A stretch of DNA of 40,482 nt from an uncultured Pseudomonadales bacterium (GCA_964609285.1 CAZSQY010000002.1:1-40482); one strand, 5' to 3'; counted from the stretch's first letter, positions 14,650 to 24,524 are shown. Numbers and translations: made by a program. Notes: generated by a model not told the origin, from the sequence alone.

Positions 14650-14940
14650 TTATTTTCGAGCGCTTAACAAATTCAGCAGCTCTTGGATCAAATAACCCAC
14701 AAAAGTGTAAATAAAAATTGCAAACAACGTTGTGAACTCCAGCACAAAACCATCGCCAACTTTGGGAGTTGGAAAGGCTAAGACAAAGGGATTTAACAAC
14801 GGCCGAGTGGTTTCATACACCCATTCCACAAAAGGAGCGGCTGGATCGGCGGCTAATAACTTCAACAAAAAACGAAAAATTAACAAGATGTCAATTAAGC
14901 CAAACACAAAACTGGTGAGGTCTTTAAGAATACGTGACAT
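14650..14940 (-). CDS. yggT: YggT-family small membrane protein
   Basis: 96 aa with two TM segments. The LIFRFLLKLL...PF...T.PLLNPF pattern is typical of YggT. Confidence 0.6.
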   Translation of the reverse strand: MSRILKDLTSFVFGLIDILLIFRFLLKLLAADPAAPFVEWVYETTRPLLNPFVLAFPTPKVGDGFVLEFTTLFAIFIYTFVGYLIQELLNLLSARK

Positions 14941-15028
14941 AATTTTAGCCTTTGCTAACTGCTAATTAATACTTGATACTATTAATTATAGCAAATTTGC
15001 TTAAAGACATTCGCAATTAAACAAAACT

Positions 15029-15913
15029 TTAAACTTCAGTTTTTGATACCACAATCATCACCTTATTTTCACCTACTACCGGTTCATGATCGCCGGTTGC
15101 ATAGTCTCGAATCGCATTCCAAAAAACCTGTACATCATAACGATAACCCCTACCATGCCGAGTGCCAGGATCATTAGTAATAAACTCTTGAGAATCTGCA
15201 TCATAGCCAATCACTACCAACATGTGTCGTTCCGGGCCCTCGCCAGTAAAATGAGGATTGCCAAGTTTTTGTCCATTCATAGGAGTGATCACTAAACCAT
15301 CACTATGCAAAGCAGTTACAATCTGCTGCCAACTATTTATTGATTTAACCTCTGCATAGGGCCAATCAAAATACTGGCGAATAATCCTGTCAGCTGTATC
15401 TTGAGCCGAAGTATCAATCCCGGTCGGAAAATTTTGCTGCTGCCACTCCCCAGCTGCCACAATCGTATCGCGCGCTTCTTCCAAACTAGTAATTGGCTCA
15501 CCTTTGGCCCAACGCACTGCCATTAAAGCAGAGGCTTCCTCACAGCCATCCTGCTGCAGCGGATCGTCCCAATCACCAAAGGGAGCCTGGGCGGCAAACG
15601 GCACATTGTAGCTAATTGAGTTAAGATCTGTGTCTAAACTGGGTTCGGACTTATTAATATTTTGGTCCTTGTTTATCTGAGTTGTTGCTGCTGATTTTTC
15701 TTCTAGTTTCTCAGCTTCAGATTCAGCAGCAAACGGCACCGATGTTAAACTGGGTAAAGGCTTCGGCTTATCAAATAAATTTTCTTCAGACACAAACCTA
15801 TCAACAAAATGGCCTTGTCCTTGTCGAAGCCAAGACCAATAGCCACTGCCTAAAATCACCAGACCTAAAACAAATCCTGCTAAAATGACTGACCATAAAT
15901 TTTTTTTCTGCAT
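15029..15913 (-). CDS. Membrane-anchored C39-like (Peptidase_C39_2) cysteine peptidase domain protein
   Basis: N-terminal TM segment. Has AAQAPFGDWDDPLQQDGCEEASALM (Cys region) and HMLVVIGYD (His region). Confidence 0.55.
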   Translation of the reverse strand: MQKKNLWSVILAGFVLGLVILGSGYWSWLRQGQGHFVDRFVSEENLFDKPKPLPSLTSVPFAAESEAEKLEEKSAATTQINKDQNINKSEPSLDTDLNSISYNVPFAAQAPFGDWDDPLQQDGCEEASALMAVRWAKGEPITSLEEARDTIVAAGEWQQQNFPTGIDTSAQDTADRIIRQYFDWPYAEVKSINSWQQIVTALHSDGLVITPMNGQKLGNPHFTGEGPERHMLVVIGYDADSQEFITNDPGTRHGRGYRYDVQVFWNAIRDYATGDHEPVVGENKVMIVVSKTEV

Positions 15914-15956
15914 AAAATTTATCTAGAAATAAGACTAAAAAACCGAATAAAAAAAG

Positions 15957-16808
15957 TTAAGTTGCTGCTTTTTCATTAGTGATGCGCATTAACTCGATCA
16001 TGCGATCCTTAACTGTAGTATTAGCAAACTGCTGAATTTGATCCAAATCCGGACTTTGGTCTTTCTGCTTAAAATCTTTAATCTCTTGCCATAGACTGTT
16101 GCCTGCCAAAAACCCTCGGGCCCCATTTTCCAAACAAAAGCGCAGGATGTTTTTGTAATCTTCGTAGGCTTGATCTTGTGCGATTAACAACCAGGGAATA
16201 TCTAACTCAGCCGTAACCGTGGCGGTGGCCAAAGGATTTATTGGGTATTGTAAAGCTAAAATATCGGTCATGCTTCTTAATTCCTGCACTGCCTGCAGCT
16301 GATCTTCTTGAAAAATATTTGGCTCGAAATCTTGATCAGCTGGAGTATAAATAATCAATTTTAGCAGCAAATTAATATCTAAATAATCGCAATAGTCATG
16401 AATCTCAGCCAAGAGTTGTTTTTTGTGTAAAGCTTGCTCTTCTTGCGGATGATAATAAAGCTCTAGCTTGGCCAGGCTATAATTTTGTCTTATCTCTTCT
16501 AAACCATAATCTGGAATTAAGGTTGGCACCACCAAAGGATCAACCGCTGCATTCAGAGTAGTTAAGCGGGTGACTAGACCTGCCTTTCCCTGATGATTGA
16601 CTAAATCAAAACTATAAATAGGATCAATCACAACTCCAGTTGTGTGCTGGCTGGCCAGCTGGCCCAAAAGCTGCAACTGTTCGCGTACTAGCTGCTCATT
16701 TTCAGGCAAACTCAAATCTAAACCCAGGCTTTCTGCTAGATGAGGGCCAATGTCTAGCTCAAACAAGCCAAACATTTTTTGCTCTGACTGAATAGCGGAT
16801 ATGTTCAT
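15957..16808 (-). CDS. Hypothetical protein with distant LacD/DeoC-like class I aldolase (TIM-barrel) resemblance
   Basis: Hand alignment to tagatose-bisphosphate aldolase LacD: FGLFELD~ALAFDQ, VVIDPIY~ILLDPEY, AKLELYY~IKFLLYY, DILALQYPIN~DVLKVEVPVN, PWLLIAQ...GARGFLAGNSLW~PYIYLSAG...GAQFSGVLCGRATW. Confidence 0.3.
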   Translation of the reverse strand: MNISAIQSEQKMFGLFELDIGPHLAESLGLDLSLPENEQLVREQLQLLGQLASQHTTGVVIDPIYSFDLVNHQGKAGLVTRLTTLNAAVDPLVVPTLIPDYGLEEIRQNYSLAKLELYYHPQEEQALHKKQLLAEIHDYCDYLDINLLLKLIIYTPADQDFEPNIFQEDQLQAVQELRSMTDILALQYPINPLATATVTAELDIPWLLIAQDQAYEDYKNILRFCLENGARGFLAGNSLWQEIKDFKQKDQSPDLDQIQQFANTTVKDRMIELMRITNEKAAT

Positions 16809-16835
16809 AACTACATTTTAGTATATCTGATCACG

Positions 16836-16870
16836 CAAAAAGGGGCGAGAGACTTTTGTCTCTCGCCCCT
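16836..16870 (-). terminator. Rho-independent terminator of pnp
   Basis: A perfect 13-bp stem aggggcgagagac/gtctctcgcccct with loop tttt, followed on the minus strand by TTTTT. Confidence 0.85.
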
Positions 16871-16916
16871 TTATTGAATTACTAGTCAAGTTAACAATTT
16901 AACTAAAACTAAATTT

Positions 16917-19145
16917 TTAACGACGGCGGTTGTTGCGTCCTCCACGGCGGCTGCCGCGTTTGCTTTGGCGCTCTTTTTTGGCTTGCTGTTCTTCTTTCTT
17001 GCTCAGCATGCTCAAACCAATCTTGCCGTCTTCCTTAATCTCAGCCACTCTAATCTTAATCTCATCACCCACTTTGACTAAGTCACGGGGATCTTTAACA
17101 TAACCGGCTGCCATATTAGAAATATGGACCAAGCCTTCGCGGCCTGGCAAGAACTCAACAAAAGCTCCATAGTTTTCAATTCTAGTCACTGTACCCTCGT
17201 ATTCTTCATCGAGTTCCACAGTTTTAAGAATGTTTTCAATCATTTTGCGGGCTTTGTCAATTTCTTCCTGATGATCAGAAGCAATATTAACTACACCAAC
17301 ATTGTGCTCTTCATCTTCTTCAATGTCTACATCTGCGCCGGTGAGGTTGATAATCTCTTTAATAATCTTGCCTCCTGGGCCGATGACTTCGCCAATGCGG
17401 TCTGACGGAATAGAAAGCTGATCCACTTTAGGTGCAAACTGACTAAGCTGTTTACGCGGCTTACTAATGGCTTTAAGCATCTCTTGCATAATATGCATTC
17501 GACCTTTTTTAGCCTGAGCCAAAGCCTGACGTAAAATATCAACTGTAATGCCAGTTAACTTAATGTCCATTTGAATAGCTGTAATACCATCTTCGGTTCC
17601 AGCTACCTTAAAGTCCATGTCTCCGGTATGATCTTCTAAACCTTGAATATCAGACAAGACTACATAATTACTCATGTCTTCTGTGCTCATTAAACCCATG
17701 GCAATACCTGCCACTGGTTTTTTAATTGGCACGCCGGCTGTCATAAGCGACATAGTAGAGCCGCAAATTGAAGCTTGGCTGGTAGAACCATTAGAAGACA
17801 GAATTTCGCTTACAACACGAATAGTGTAAGGAAACTCTTCCTGAGATGGGATCATGGGCTCTAAAGCTTTTTGTGCTAAATGACCATGTCCAATCTCGCG
17901 GCGCTTGGGATAACCAAAACGACCAGCTTCGCCCGCTGCATAGGGCGGCATATTGTAGTGATGCATATAGCGGTGAACGGTTTCACCCTCCATATCCTCT
18001 ACATGCTGACCCAATGAGGGACTACCCAAAGTAGTGATTGTCACCGCCTGGGTGGCACCACGCTTAAACATGGCGCTGCCATGTGTGCGGGGGAAAACAT
18101 CAATTTCACACCAAATAGGTCTAATTTCTTCCGACTTACGTCCATCAGGGCGCTCACCATCTTCCAAGATCATGCGGCGGCCCTCATATTTCATAAGCTC
18201 ATAAACAATGCCTTTAATCTCACTGGCTGTGACTTCTTCAGCTTCTTCATCAGTCACAACTTTATCATTGAGATATTCAGCCATTTTCTCCAGATTTTCT
18301 TCCAGGCCTGTATCCTCAAGCTTAGCTTGCTTAATCACCATTTGATTAATTTCTTTAGAAAATTGTTTTTCAATGGCTTTGGTTAAGGCTTGCTTGCGTT
18401 CTTTTTCCTCTGCAGTTGGTTGTTCAACTAACTCAACTTTTTCCTTACCAATTTCGCTGCGAATCTCTTCGAACTCAGCACAAATATGCTTAAACTCTTC
18501 TTGAGCTTGCATCATGCCTTCAATGACAGTTTCTTCGTCCACCTCATTAGCGCCGGCTTCTACCATTACGACAGAGTTGCCAGTACCAGAAACTACTAAG
18601 TCCAGATCTAAATCTTCGCGTTCTGACTCTAGCGGGTTAAAGACATAGGCATCATCTTCTTGAGTATAGCCAACTCTTAAACCTGCCACTGGACCATCAA
18701 AGGGAATATCAGAAATAGTCAAAGCTAAACCAGCAGACAACAACGACAAGACATCGTCGGAGTTTTCACCATCATAAGAGAAGATGGTGCTTACAACCTG
18801 CACCTGGTTTTTAATTCCTTCTGGGAACAAGGGACGAATTGAGCGGTCAATTACACGAGCTTTTAACACCGCCTCCTCAGTTGGGTGACCTTCACGTTTA
18901 ACCCAGCGTGAGCCTTTAATAATTCCACCTGCATAGAGCTTTTCTTCGTACTCTACGTGCAAGGGAAAATACCCCCAGTCTACTTTATTGCCTAGAGCGA
19001 CAGTAGTGTGAACTACAGTCTCACCGCATTTGGCTAAAACAGCGGCGGAGGTCTGTTCGCTGTATTTACCAACAGTAAACTCAACGGTCTTGCCTCCAAT
19101 TTTTATTTTTTTAGTATATGTATCCTCAAAATTTGGATAAGACAT
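16917..19145 (-). CDS. pnp: Polynucleotide phosphorylase
   Basis: Two RNase PH domains followed by KH and S1 (YEGTVTRIENYGAFVEF). Carries an Arg/Gly-rich basic C-terminal tail. Confidence 0.95.
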   Translation of the reverse strand: MSYPNFEDTYTKKIKIGGKTVEFTVGKYSEQTSAAVLAKCGETVVHTTVALGNKVDWGYFPLHVEYEEKLYAGGIIKGSRWVKREGHPTEEAVLKARVIDRSIRPLFPEGIKNQVQVVSTIFSYDGENSDDVLSLLSAGLALTISDIPFDGPVAGLRVGYTQEDDAYVFNPLESEREDLDLDLVVSGTGNSVVMVEAGANEVDEETVIEGMMQAQEEFKHICAEFEEIRSEIGKEKVELVEQPTAEEKERKQALTKAIEKQFSKEINQMVIKQAKLEDTGLEENLEKMAEYLNDKVVTDEEAEEVTASEIKGIVYELMKYEGRRMILEDGERPDGRKSEEIRPIWCEIDVFPRTHGSAMFKRGATQAVTITTLGSPSLGQHVEDMEGETVHRYMHHYNMPPYAAGEAGRFGYPKRREIGHGHLAQKALEPMIPSQEEFPYTIRVVSEILSSNGSTSQASICGSTMSLMTAGVPIKKPVAGIAMGLMSTEDMSNYVVLSDIQGLEDHTGDMDFKVAGTEDGITAIQMDIKLTGITVDILRQALAQAKKGRMHIMQEMLKAISKPRKQLSQFAPKVDQLSIPSDRIGEVIGPGGKIIKEIINLTGADVDIEEDEEHNVGVVNIASDHQEEIDKARKMIENILKTVELDEEYEGTVTRIENYGAFVEFLPGREGLVHISNMAAGYVKDPRDLVKVGDEIKIRVAEIKEDGKIGLSMLSKKEEQQAKKERQSKRGSRRGGRNNRRR

Positions 19146-19228
19146 ATAACATCCTTTCCAGCAAAAACTCAGCCGTTGTCCGGCTGTATTAACGTAAGTT
19201 TTAGACTGATTTATTCATATAATTTGAA

Positions 19229-19350
19229 GATCGCGTGAAGAGCAACTGAATCTCAATAAGCAGGTGGTAAATATTTGTTTGGAAAAAATTCATCCGTTAA
19301 ACCAAATATTGACTACTTGCCAATCGAAAAACAGTTTGTCTCACACAATC
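19229..19350 (-). promoter_or_regulatory. Long imperfect hairpin in the rpsO-pnp spacer (candidate pnp leader / RNase III-type processing site)
   Basis: Arms 19229-19282 and 19302-19350 pair over about 50 positions, with small bulges and G-U pairs. Confidence 0.45.
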
Positions 19351-19423
19351 TGTGGTTAATACAATGAGTATTATATCCCGATAAAAGGTTTAATACTAGG
19401 TGCGATGTAAGAAATTAGCTGAC

Positions 19424-19693
19424 TTACTTTTTCAAACCCAATTTTTTGATCAACTCTTTATAACGCTCCTCGCTGCGATCTTGCAAAAATCGCAATAAAC
19501 GGCGGCGCTTTGAAACTTGACGCAGCAAACCCATGCGGGAGTGATCATCAGAAGGATGATCCTTTAAATGATCGGTCAACTCCTGAATGCTAGCCGTGAG
19601 TAAGGCAATTTGTACCTCAGGAGAACCAGTGTCATCCTCGTAGAGCTGGTACTCTTTAATAATGTCTTGTTTTTGGCTTTTAGATAAGGCCAT
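19424..19693 (-). CDS. rpsO: 30S ribosomal protein S15
   Basis: 89 aa, with [12 protein letters not shown] and [16 protein letters not shown]...RRRLL. Confidence 0.95.
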   Translation of the reverse strand: MALSKSQKQDIIKEYQLYEDDTGSPEVQIALLTASIQELTDHLKDHPSDDHSRMGLLRQVSKRRRLLRFLQDRSEERYKELIKKLGLKK

Positions 19694-19811
19694 GGTATTC
19701 CTCCTTTGAGAGATCCCTTGCCTGCCTAGTTAGACTTAATTGGTCTTAACCAAGCAGTAAAGTAACCATTTAATTAATATTATTTCTTAATAACTAAGTG
19801 TTAACTTGAAG

Positions 19812-19874
19812 TGTGCGACCAGCCTCCGAAGCGTGTCTGGCTCCTACCAGACAGCAGGGTCAGCTGAGAGCACA
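19812..19874 (-). promoter_or_regulatory. GC-rich structured element between infB and rpsO (candidate rpsO leader)
   Basis: Central 7-bp stem tgtctgg/ccagaca (19834-19853), closed by tgtgc/gcaca and cagc/gctg. It is a GC-rich island in an AT-rich spacer, with no U-tract. Confidence 0.35.
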
Positions 19875-19882
19875 TCTTAAAG

Positions 19883-21337
19883 TTACAGCTCTTTTTTATA
19901 AGCCGTAATTATATCACCTTTTTTAAAATCCAGATTCTTGTTTTTAAAAGATAGTCCTGCTTCACTTTTAGCTTTGACTGTTTCTATCTTATCTTTGCCA
20001 TGCTTCATGGTTGTAATCACTGGCCGGGCAATAATTTCACCATCCCTTTTTAAATAAAGCTTGTCATGCTTATTAATTTCACCAGTCTTAACCCTAATAC
20101 CAGCTACTTTTTGATCATCAAAATCAAACACCTTTAAAACCTCAGCTTCGCCTAAATCTACCTCCCCGTAGTGTGGGTCCATTAACTTAAGCATTTGTTC
20201 TTCTAAATCTTCTAACAGATGATAAATAATGTCGTACTGTTTAACAATCACTTCTAATTGTTGAGCTAATCGCTTCATTTTTGATGAAATAGGTTGACCA
20301 AAAACAATCACCACAGCATCACTTGTTTGGGCCAACTCCAAATCGCTTTCAATCAAAGGACCAACCTCAGTCCTAATCAGCTCAATAGTCTCTTCATCTA
20401 GAGAATTAACAATTGCCTCTAAAGTGCCCTTAACGTCAGCCTTTACAATTAAGTTAAGTTTTTCTTTATCACCCATGAGAGATTCAATATCCACATCAGA
20501 CCAAGAAAATTCTTCCTCTTGTTCAGCTTTAACTTTTTCTTGAGGGTATTCGGCTTGTGCATCTTTCAGTATCACACCTACCTCAGGCACATCATTCAAA
20601 CCCAGAACCTCTGCTGGTTCACCCGGCTTGACTTGATCCAACGATTGGCCTAATTCATTAGTTAAAGATTTGACTCTACCTTTAATTCCATCAGCCTCAA
20701 TCTCTTGCCTGGTTTCTAAAGTTCCCTGCTTAACAATCACTCTTGCCACAGGACCTTTGTGCGGATCTTTGGCGGCTTCGATCACCACTGCTTCCAGGGG
20801 AGCCTCGACATCTGCCTCTAATTCTAATAATTCAGCTAAAACTGTCACGTTTTCTAAAAGTTCATCCACACCCTTGCCGGTTTTGGCTGAAATCTCAACT
20901 GTATCCACATCTCCGCCGAACTCTCTGACCACTACTTCTTCTTCTGCCAATTGAGCCTTCACTTTGGCGGGATCAGCCCCTTCTAAATCCATTTTGTTAA
21001 AAGCCACTATAAAAGGAACTTCAGCTTCCTTGATGTAGCGGATTGACTCCACTGTTTGAGGCTGGACTCCATCCTTAGCAGAAATAACTAAGATAACAAT
21101 GTCAGTCACCTCTGCACCTCGCTGGCGCATTTTATTAAAAGCAGCGTGGCCCGGCGTATCGATAAAAGTTAAAGCCTGATCTTTAAACTCAATTTGATAA
21201 GCACCAATATGCTGAGTAATTCCGCCTGCCTCAGTTTCTTGAACTTTGGTTTGACGAATATAATCCAATAGAGTAGTCTTGCCATGATCGACATGGCCTA
21301 AAACAGCAATGATTGGTGGTCTAGTTTTTATTGACAT
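19883..21337 (-). CDS. infB: Translation initiation factor IF-2, core only (G domain to C2)
   Basis: Starts directly at [17 protein letters not shown]. Also has DTPGH and NKMD. 484 aa. Confidence 0.9.
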   Translation of the reverse strand: MSIKTRPPIIAVLGHVDHGKTTLLDYIRQTKVQETEAGGITQHIGAYQIEFKDQALTFIDTPGHAAFNKMRQRGAEVTDIVILVISAKDGVQPQTVESIRYIKEAEVPFIVAFNKMDLEGADPAKVKAQLAEEEVVVREFGGDVDTVEISAKTGKGVDELLENVTVLAELLELEADVEAPLEAVVIEAAKDPHKGPVARVIVKQGTLETRQEIEADGIKGRVKSLTNELGQSLDQVKPGEPAEVLGLNDVPEVGVILKDAQAEYPQEKVKAEQEEEFSWSDVDIESLMGDKEKLNLIVKADVKGTLEAIVNSLDEETIELIRTEVGPLIESDLELAQTSDAVVIVFGQPISSKMKRLAQQLEVIVKQYDIIYHLLEDLEEQMLKLMDPHYGEVDLGEAEVLKVFDFDDQKVAGIRVKTGEINKHDKLYLKRDGEIIARPVITTMKHGKDKIETVKAKSEAGLSFKNKNLDFKKGDIITAYKKEL

Positions 21338-21343
21338 AATTCT

Positions 21344-22762
21344 TTATTCAGCCTTTGATTCTTTTTCAGTTTGTGTATCCTCTGATTTTTCCTCAGAATC
21401 TTCTTCCTCTGCAGGATTTTGTTCCTTTTCAGGATCTTCCGTTACCTCTTCCTCTTTTTCTTTTTCTTTTTCTTCGCTATCCTCAGTCTTTTCAGCAGCT
21501 GCCTCAGCCGCTCTTTCCTGGGCTCTGTCAGCTAACTCCTGTTGATAATCCTTAACCTTTTGATCAATAATCTCCTTTTGCTCATATGGAATTTCATCTG
21601 TCTGAATCCATTTATCCTGAAATCTTTCCAAATCTTTAACTGTGGTTAGCTTGTAATTAATTAAAAACTCACGAGTCTCCTCCGTAATTCCTTCCCAAGA
21701 GTCAATTTCATATTCTTCTTCCCCTGTGGCTTCGCCCTCAACCTCACCTTCAGCTGACTGGATGGTAATAAAGTAATCAGTTAATTTAGCAGCTAAACGC
21801 ACGTTTTGCCCGCCGCGTCCAATAGCAAGTGACAGCTGATCGTCGGGGGCTGTCACCACCACTCTGTGATCATCTTCGTCAATTTCAATTAAAAGATTTT
21901 CAGCCGGAGCTAAAGCAGCCTTTAAATATAAAACAGGATCTTCGTTGTAAGGAACAATGTCTATCTTCTCGTTATTTAGCTCTTCAATTACTTTTTGTAC
22001 CCGAACTCCGCGCTGGCCCACACAAGAACCAACCGGATCTACACCATCTTGGGTAGAACTAACAGCAATCTTGGTACGGACACCGGCCTCTCGGGCTACA
22101 GACACAATCTCCACGGCACCAGAGCTAACCTCTGGCACTTCGCGTTCGAATAACTTTGTAACCAAATCTGGATGAGCGCGTGAAACAATAATAGAAGAAC
22201 CACGATATTCATCAGAAATTTCTTTAATTAAAACTACAATACGTTGATTCTTTCGGTAAAACTCGCCGCGCATTTGCTCTTGGGGCGGCATGATGCCTTG
22301 ACCTCGACCAATATCCATTACCACTGCGCCGCGATCCATGCGTAATACTTGGCCTGTTACAATTTCCCCTACCCGATCTTTATAATCAGCAATAACCTGC
22401 TCTTTTTCACTACGTCTGATTTCTTGTAAAATGACCTGCTTGGCAGTCTGAGCCGCAATCCGGCCAAATCCCGGTGGAGTAACTTCCTCTGCTTCAGATT
22501 CATCCCAAGCTAATATCTCCTCAGTCTCTTCGTCTCGCTCAGTTACCGGAGCTTTAAAAATATGGGTCTCTCCTGTTTCGTTATCAAGCTTAACAAAATA
22601 ATAAGACTCTTCTTCAAGCTCACCCATCTCTTTGCGGTAAGCAGAGACTAAGGCGTGTTCGATTGCATCATAAATTGCTTCTGGTTCAATTTTCCGTTCC
22701 CGAGCAATTTGGGCAATAGCTGCCGCAAACTCGGTTCGAACCATTTGATTTAAATTTGCCAT
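21344..22762 (-). CDS. nusA: Transcription termination/antitermination factor NusA with an acidic C-terminal extension
   Basis: NTD, S1 (GEIVTGQVLRMDRGAVVMDIG) and two KH domains (GSCVGQRGVRVQ, AIGRGGQNVRLAAKL). These are followed by an HhH-like segment and a Glu/Lys/Ser-rich tail. Confidence 0.9.
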   Translation of the reverse strand: MANLNQMVRTEFAAAIAQIARERKIEPEAIYDAIEHALVSAYRKEMGELEEESYYFVKLDNETGETHIFKAPVTERDEETEEILAWDESEAEEVTPPGFGRIAAQTAKQVILQEIRRSEKEQVIADYKDRVGEIVTGQVLRMDRGAVVMDIGRGQGIMPPQEQMRGEFYRKNQRIVVLIKEISDEYRGSSIIVSRAHPDLVTKLFEREVPEVSSGAVEIVSVAREAGVRTKIAVSSTQDGVDPVGSCVGQRGVRVQKVIEELNNEKIDIVPYNEDPVLYLKAALAPAENLLIEIDEDDHRVVVTAPDDQLSLAIGRGGQNVRLAAKLTDYFITIQSAEGEVEGEATGEEEYEIDSWEGITEETREFLINYKLTTVKDLERFQDKWIQTDEIPYEQKEIIDQKVKDYQQELADRAQERAAEAAAEKTEDSEEKEKEKEEEVTEDPEKEQNPAEEEDSEEKSEDTQTEKESKAE

Positions 22763-22858
22763 ATTATTAGTAGTTAGTAGTTGGTAGTTAGGTTTAATTC
22801 TAGCTTAAATAAAAAAGACGCACTGAACAGTCCGTCCCTTCCATTTAATCCAGGCTAT

Positions 22859-22866
22859 ATTATACA
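22859..22866 (-). promoter_or_regulatory. Candidate extended -10 (TGTATAAT) upstream of nusA
   Basis: The minus strand reads TGTATAAT about 95 nt upstream of the nusA ATG. There is no good -35. Confidence 0.3.
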
Positions 22867-22895
22867 AAAATCAAAAGCTATTATCTAGGGGATTA

Positions 22896-23564
22896 TTATC
22901 TAGAAGATAAAAAATCGAGTAAAACTGGCGTGTTGGCAAAACTGAGGTCTGCGCGATTATCATCTGCATAAACCAGGGCTGTGTGCATTCTTACTTTTTT
23001 AGCTGGCTCCAGGTCGGTTTCGTAACGGTCCCCCACAAATAGATGCTTCCCCGGCTGAACTTGAGTAAAATTTAATAAATAAGTATAAGGAGTAGGATCA
23101 GGCTTGAGAAAACCGACAACATCAGGGTTGCCAATCACAGCTTCAAAAAAATTTAAATCAAAACCGATTTTCTTCAATTTTTTCTCAGCACTTTTTTGTG
23201 AAGAATTAGTGTTAATAATGTGTTTAAAACCGGTAACAGTTTGAAATTGCTTAACCAATTGCGGATTTGGTTCAACTTCCTCAAGTTGAATCTGACTATG
23301 CCAATCACCACTCAAAGCCAATTCACGCTTAACTCCAGCTGCAATCAACGTACGCGTACTGCTTTTTAACTTAGCATAAAGCTGCTGATACAGGGCTTTA
23401 GCTTGTTCCAAGTTGATGCCGCGCTGTTCAGCAATCAGCTCCCAAACTTTTTTCTGAATTTTTTGACTCACCTCCTTAGAAATTTGGTATAAAGTCCCAT
23501 CTAAATCCCAGACAATGTATTCCAGTTGTTGAATCCAGTCAGGATAATCTGTAAAAAAAGTCAT
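22896..23564 (-). CDS. HAD-superfamily hydrolase
   Basis: VWDLDGTLY (DxDxT) and a late GDRYETD motif. Confidence 0.7.
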   Translation of the reverse strand: MTFFTDYPDWIQQLEYIVWDLDGTLYQISKEVSQKIQKKVWELIAEQRGINLEQAKALYQQLYAKLKSSTRTLIAAGVKRELALSGDWHSQIQLEEVEPNPQLVKQFQTVTGFKHIINTNSSQKSAEKKLKKIGFDLNFFEAVIGNPDVVGFLKPDPTPYTYLLNFTQVQPGKHLFVGDRYETDLEPAKKVRMHTALVYADDNRADLSFANTPVLLDFLSSR

Positions 23565-23569
23565 TAAAA

Positions 23570-24439
23570 CTATATTCCTGTCTCTTTTAATTGTTTAACC
23601 AAGCGCTTTTGTTCAGATGTCAGTTTTTCCGGCACCTCAACCTTAATTCTTACGTACAAATCTCCTTTGCCGCCACTGCGTAAATAGGGAATACCTTCAC
23701 CGCGCAACCTGACCAAAGTATGTGATTGAGTGCCGGGTCGGATTTTAAGATTTAGTTCACCATTTAAAGTCTTGACTTGTTTGGTGCCGCCCAATACAGC
23801 AGTTGTAAAAGGAATTTCTTCATCTACATACACATCTTGACCCTCTCTTCTAAAACGAGGGTGAGGTTTAATATCAAGTGAAATATCAAAATCATCAAAC
23901 CTGATGCGGGTCCCGTCGTCTGCTCCAGCCGGAATTTTAATTTTGTGTTTTTTACCGTCGATTTCAATTTCTTTAGTAGCACCCTTAACCGCTTCCATAA
24001 AGTCAACTTTTAAACTGTAGCGCGGCCGCGCCGCCCTACGGGCAAAACCACCCCGGCTAAAGCCGCCGCCAAAAAAAGTATCAAAAATCTCAAACGGATC
24101 ACCAAAATCAAAACCCTCAAAAGGATTTTCTCCTTCGCTGGTGCGATAGGTGTAAGTAAAGGGACCGGATCTAGCTCCGCCGGTAAAAGGATTGCTGCCC
24201 ATACCGCTGGCACCACTAAAGGCCGCATGACCAAACTGATTATAAGTCTGGCGCTTTTTCTCATCAGACAACACCTGGTAGGCTTCGTTGATCTCTTTGA
24301 ATTTTTCCTCAGCATCTTCAGCATCACTGCGATCCGGATGATACTTGAGCGCTAGCTTGCGGTAAGCTTTTTTAATCTCAGCTTGAGTGGCATTTTTATC
24401 CACACCCAAAATCTCGTAATAATCGCGTTTAGTAGGCAT
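23570..24439 (-). CDS. dnaJ: J-domain co-chaperone, class II (CbpA-like; no zinc finger)
   Basis: DYYEILGV...[12 protein letters not shown], a G/F-rich region and C-terminal substrate-binding domains. The protein contains no Cys at all. Confidence 0.85.
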   Translation of the reverse strand: MPTKRDYYEILGVDKNATQAEIKKAYRKLALKYHPDRSDAEDAEEKFKEINEAYQVLSDEKKRQTYNQFGHAAFSGASGMGSNPFTGGARSGPFTYTYRTSEGENPFEGFDFGDPFEIFDTFFGGGFSRGGFARRAARPRYSLKVDFMEAVKGATKEIEIDGKKHKIKIPAGADDGTRIRFDDFDISLDIKPHPRFRREGQDVYVDEEIPFTTAVLGGTKQVKTLNGELNLKIRPGTQSHTLVRLRGEGIPYLRSGGKGDLYVRIKVEVPEKLTSEQKRLVKQLKETGI

Positions 24440-24524
24440 AAATTTGGTTAATCAAAAAACTAATAAGTTATTTTAGATCTCGACTCTAGAATTGAATTGT
24501 AGCAATCAGCTAATAAAAAGTTAA

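Noticed and set aside
19812-19874. Possible SRP (4.5S) RNA, because of an AGCAGGGUCAGC-like string.
   Set aside because: It has no GNRA tetraloop-capped helix 8 and none of the conserved domain IV symmetric and asymmetric loop motifs. Its position inside an operon spacer fits a leader better.
21309-21555. Plus-strand Ser/Phe-rich ORFs (21309-21545 and 21355-21555) and the GA-rich low-complexity DNA at the nusA 3' end.
   Set aside because: These are antisense shadows of the Glu/Lys-rich NusA tail. It is compositional low complexity, not a discrete repeat element.
23824-24327. Same-strand nested ORFs 24010-24327 and 23824-24006 inside dnaJ.
   Set aside because: These are out-of-frame readings of the G/F-rich region, and the DnaJ frame has unambiguous homology.
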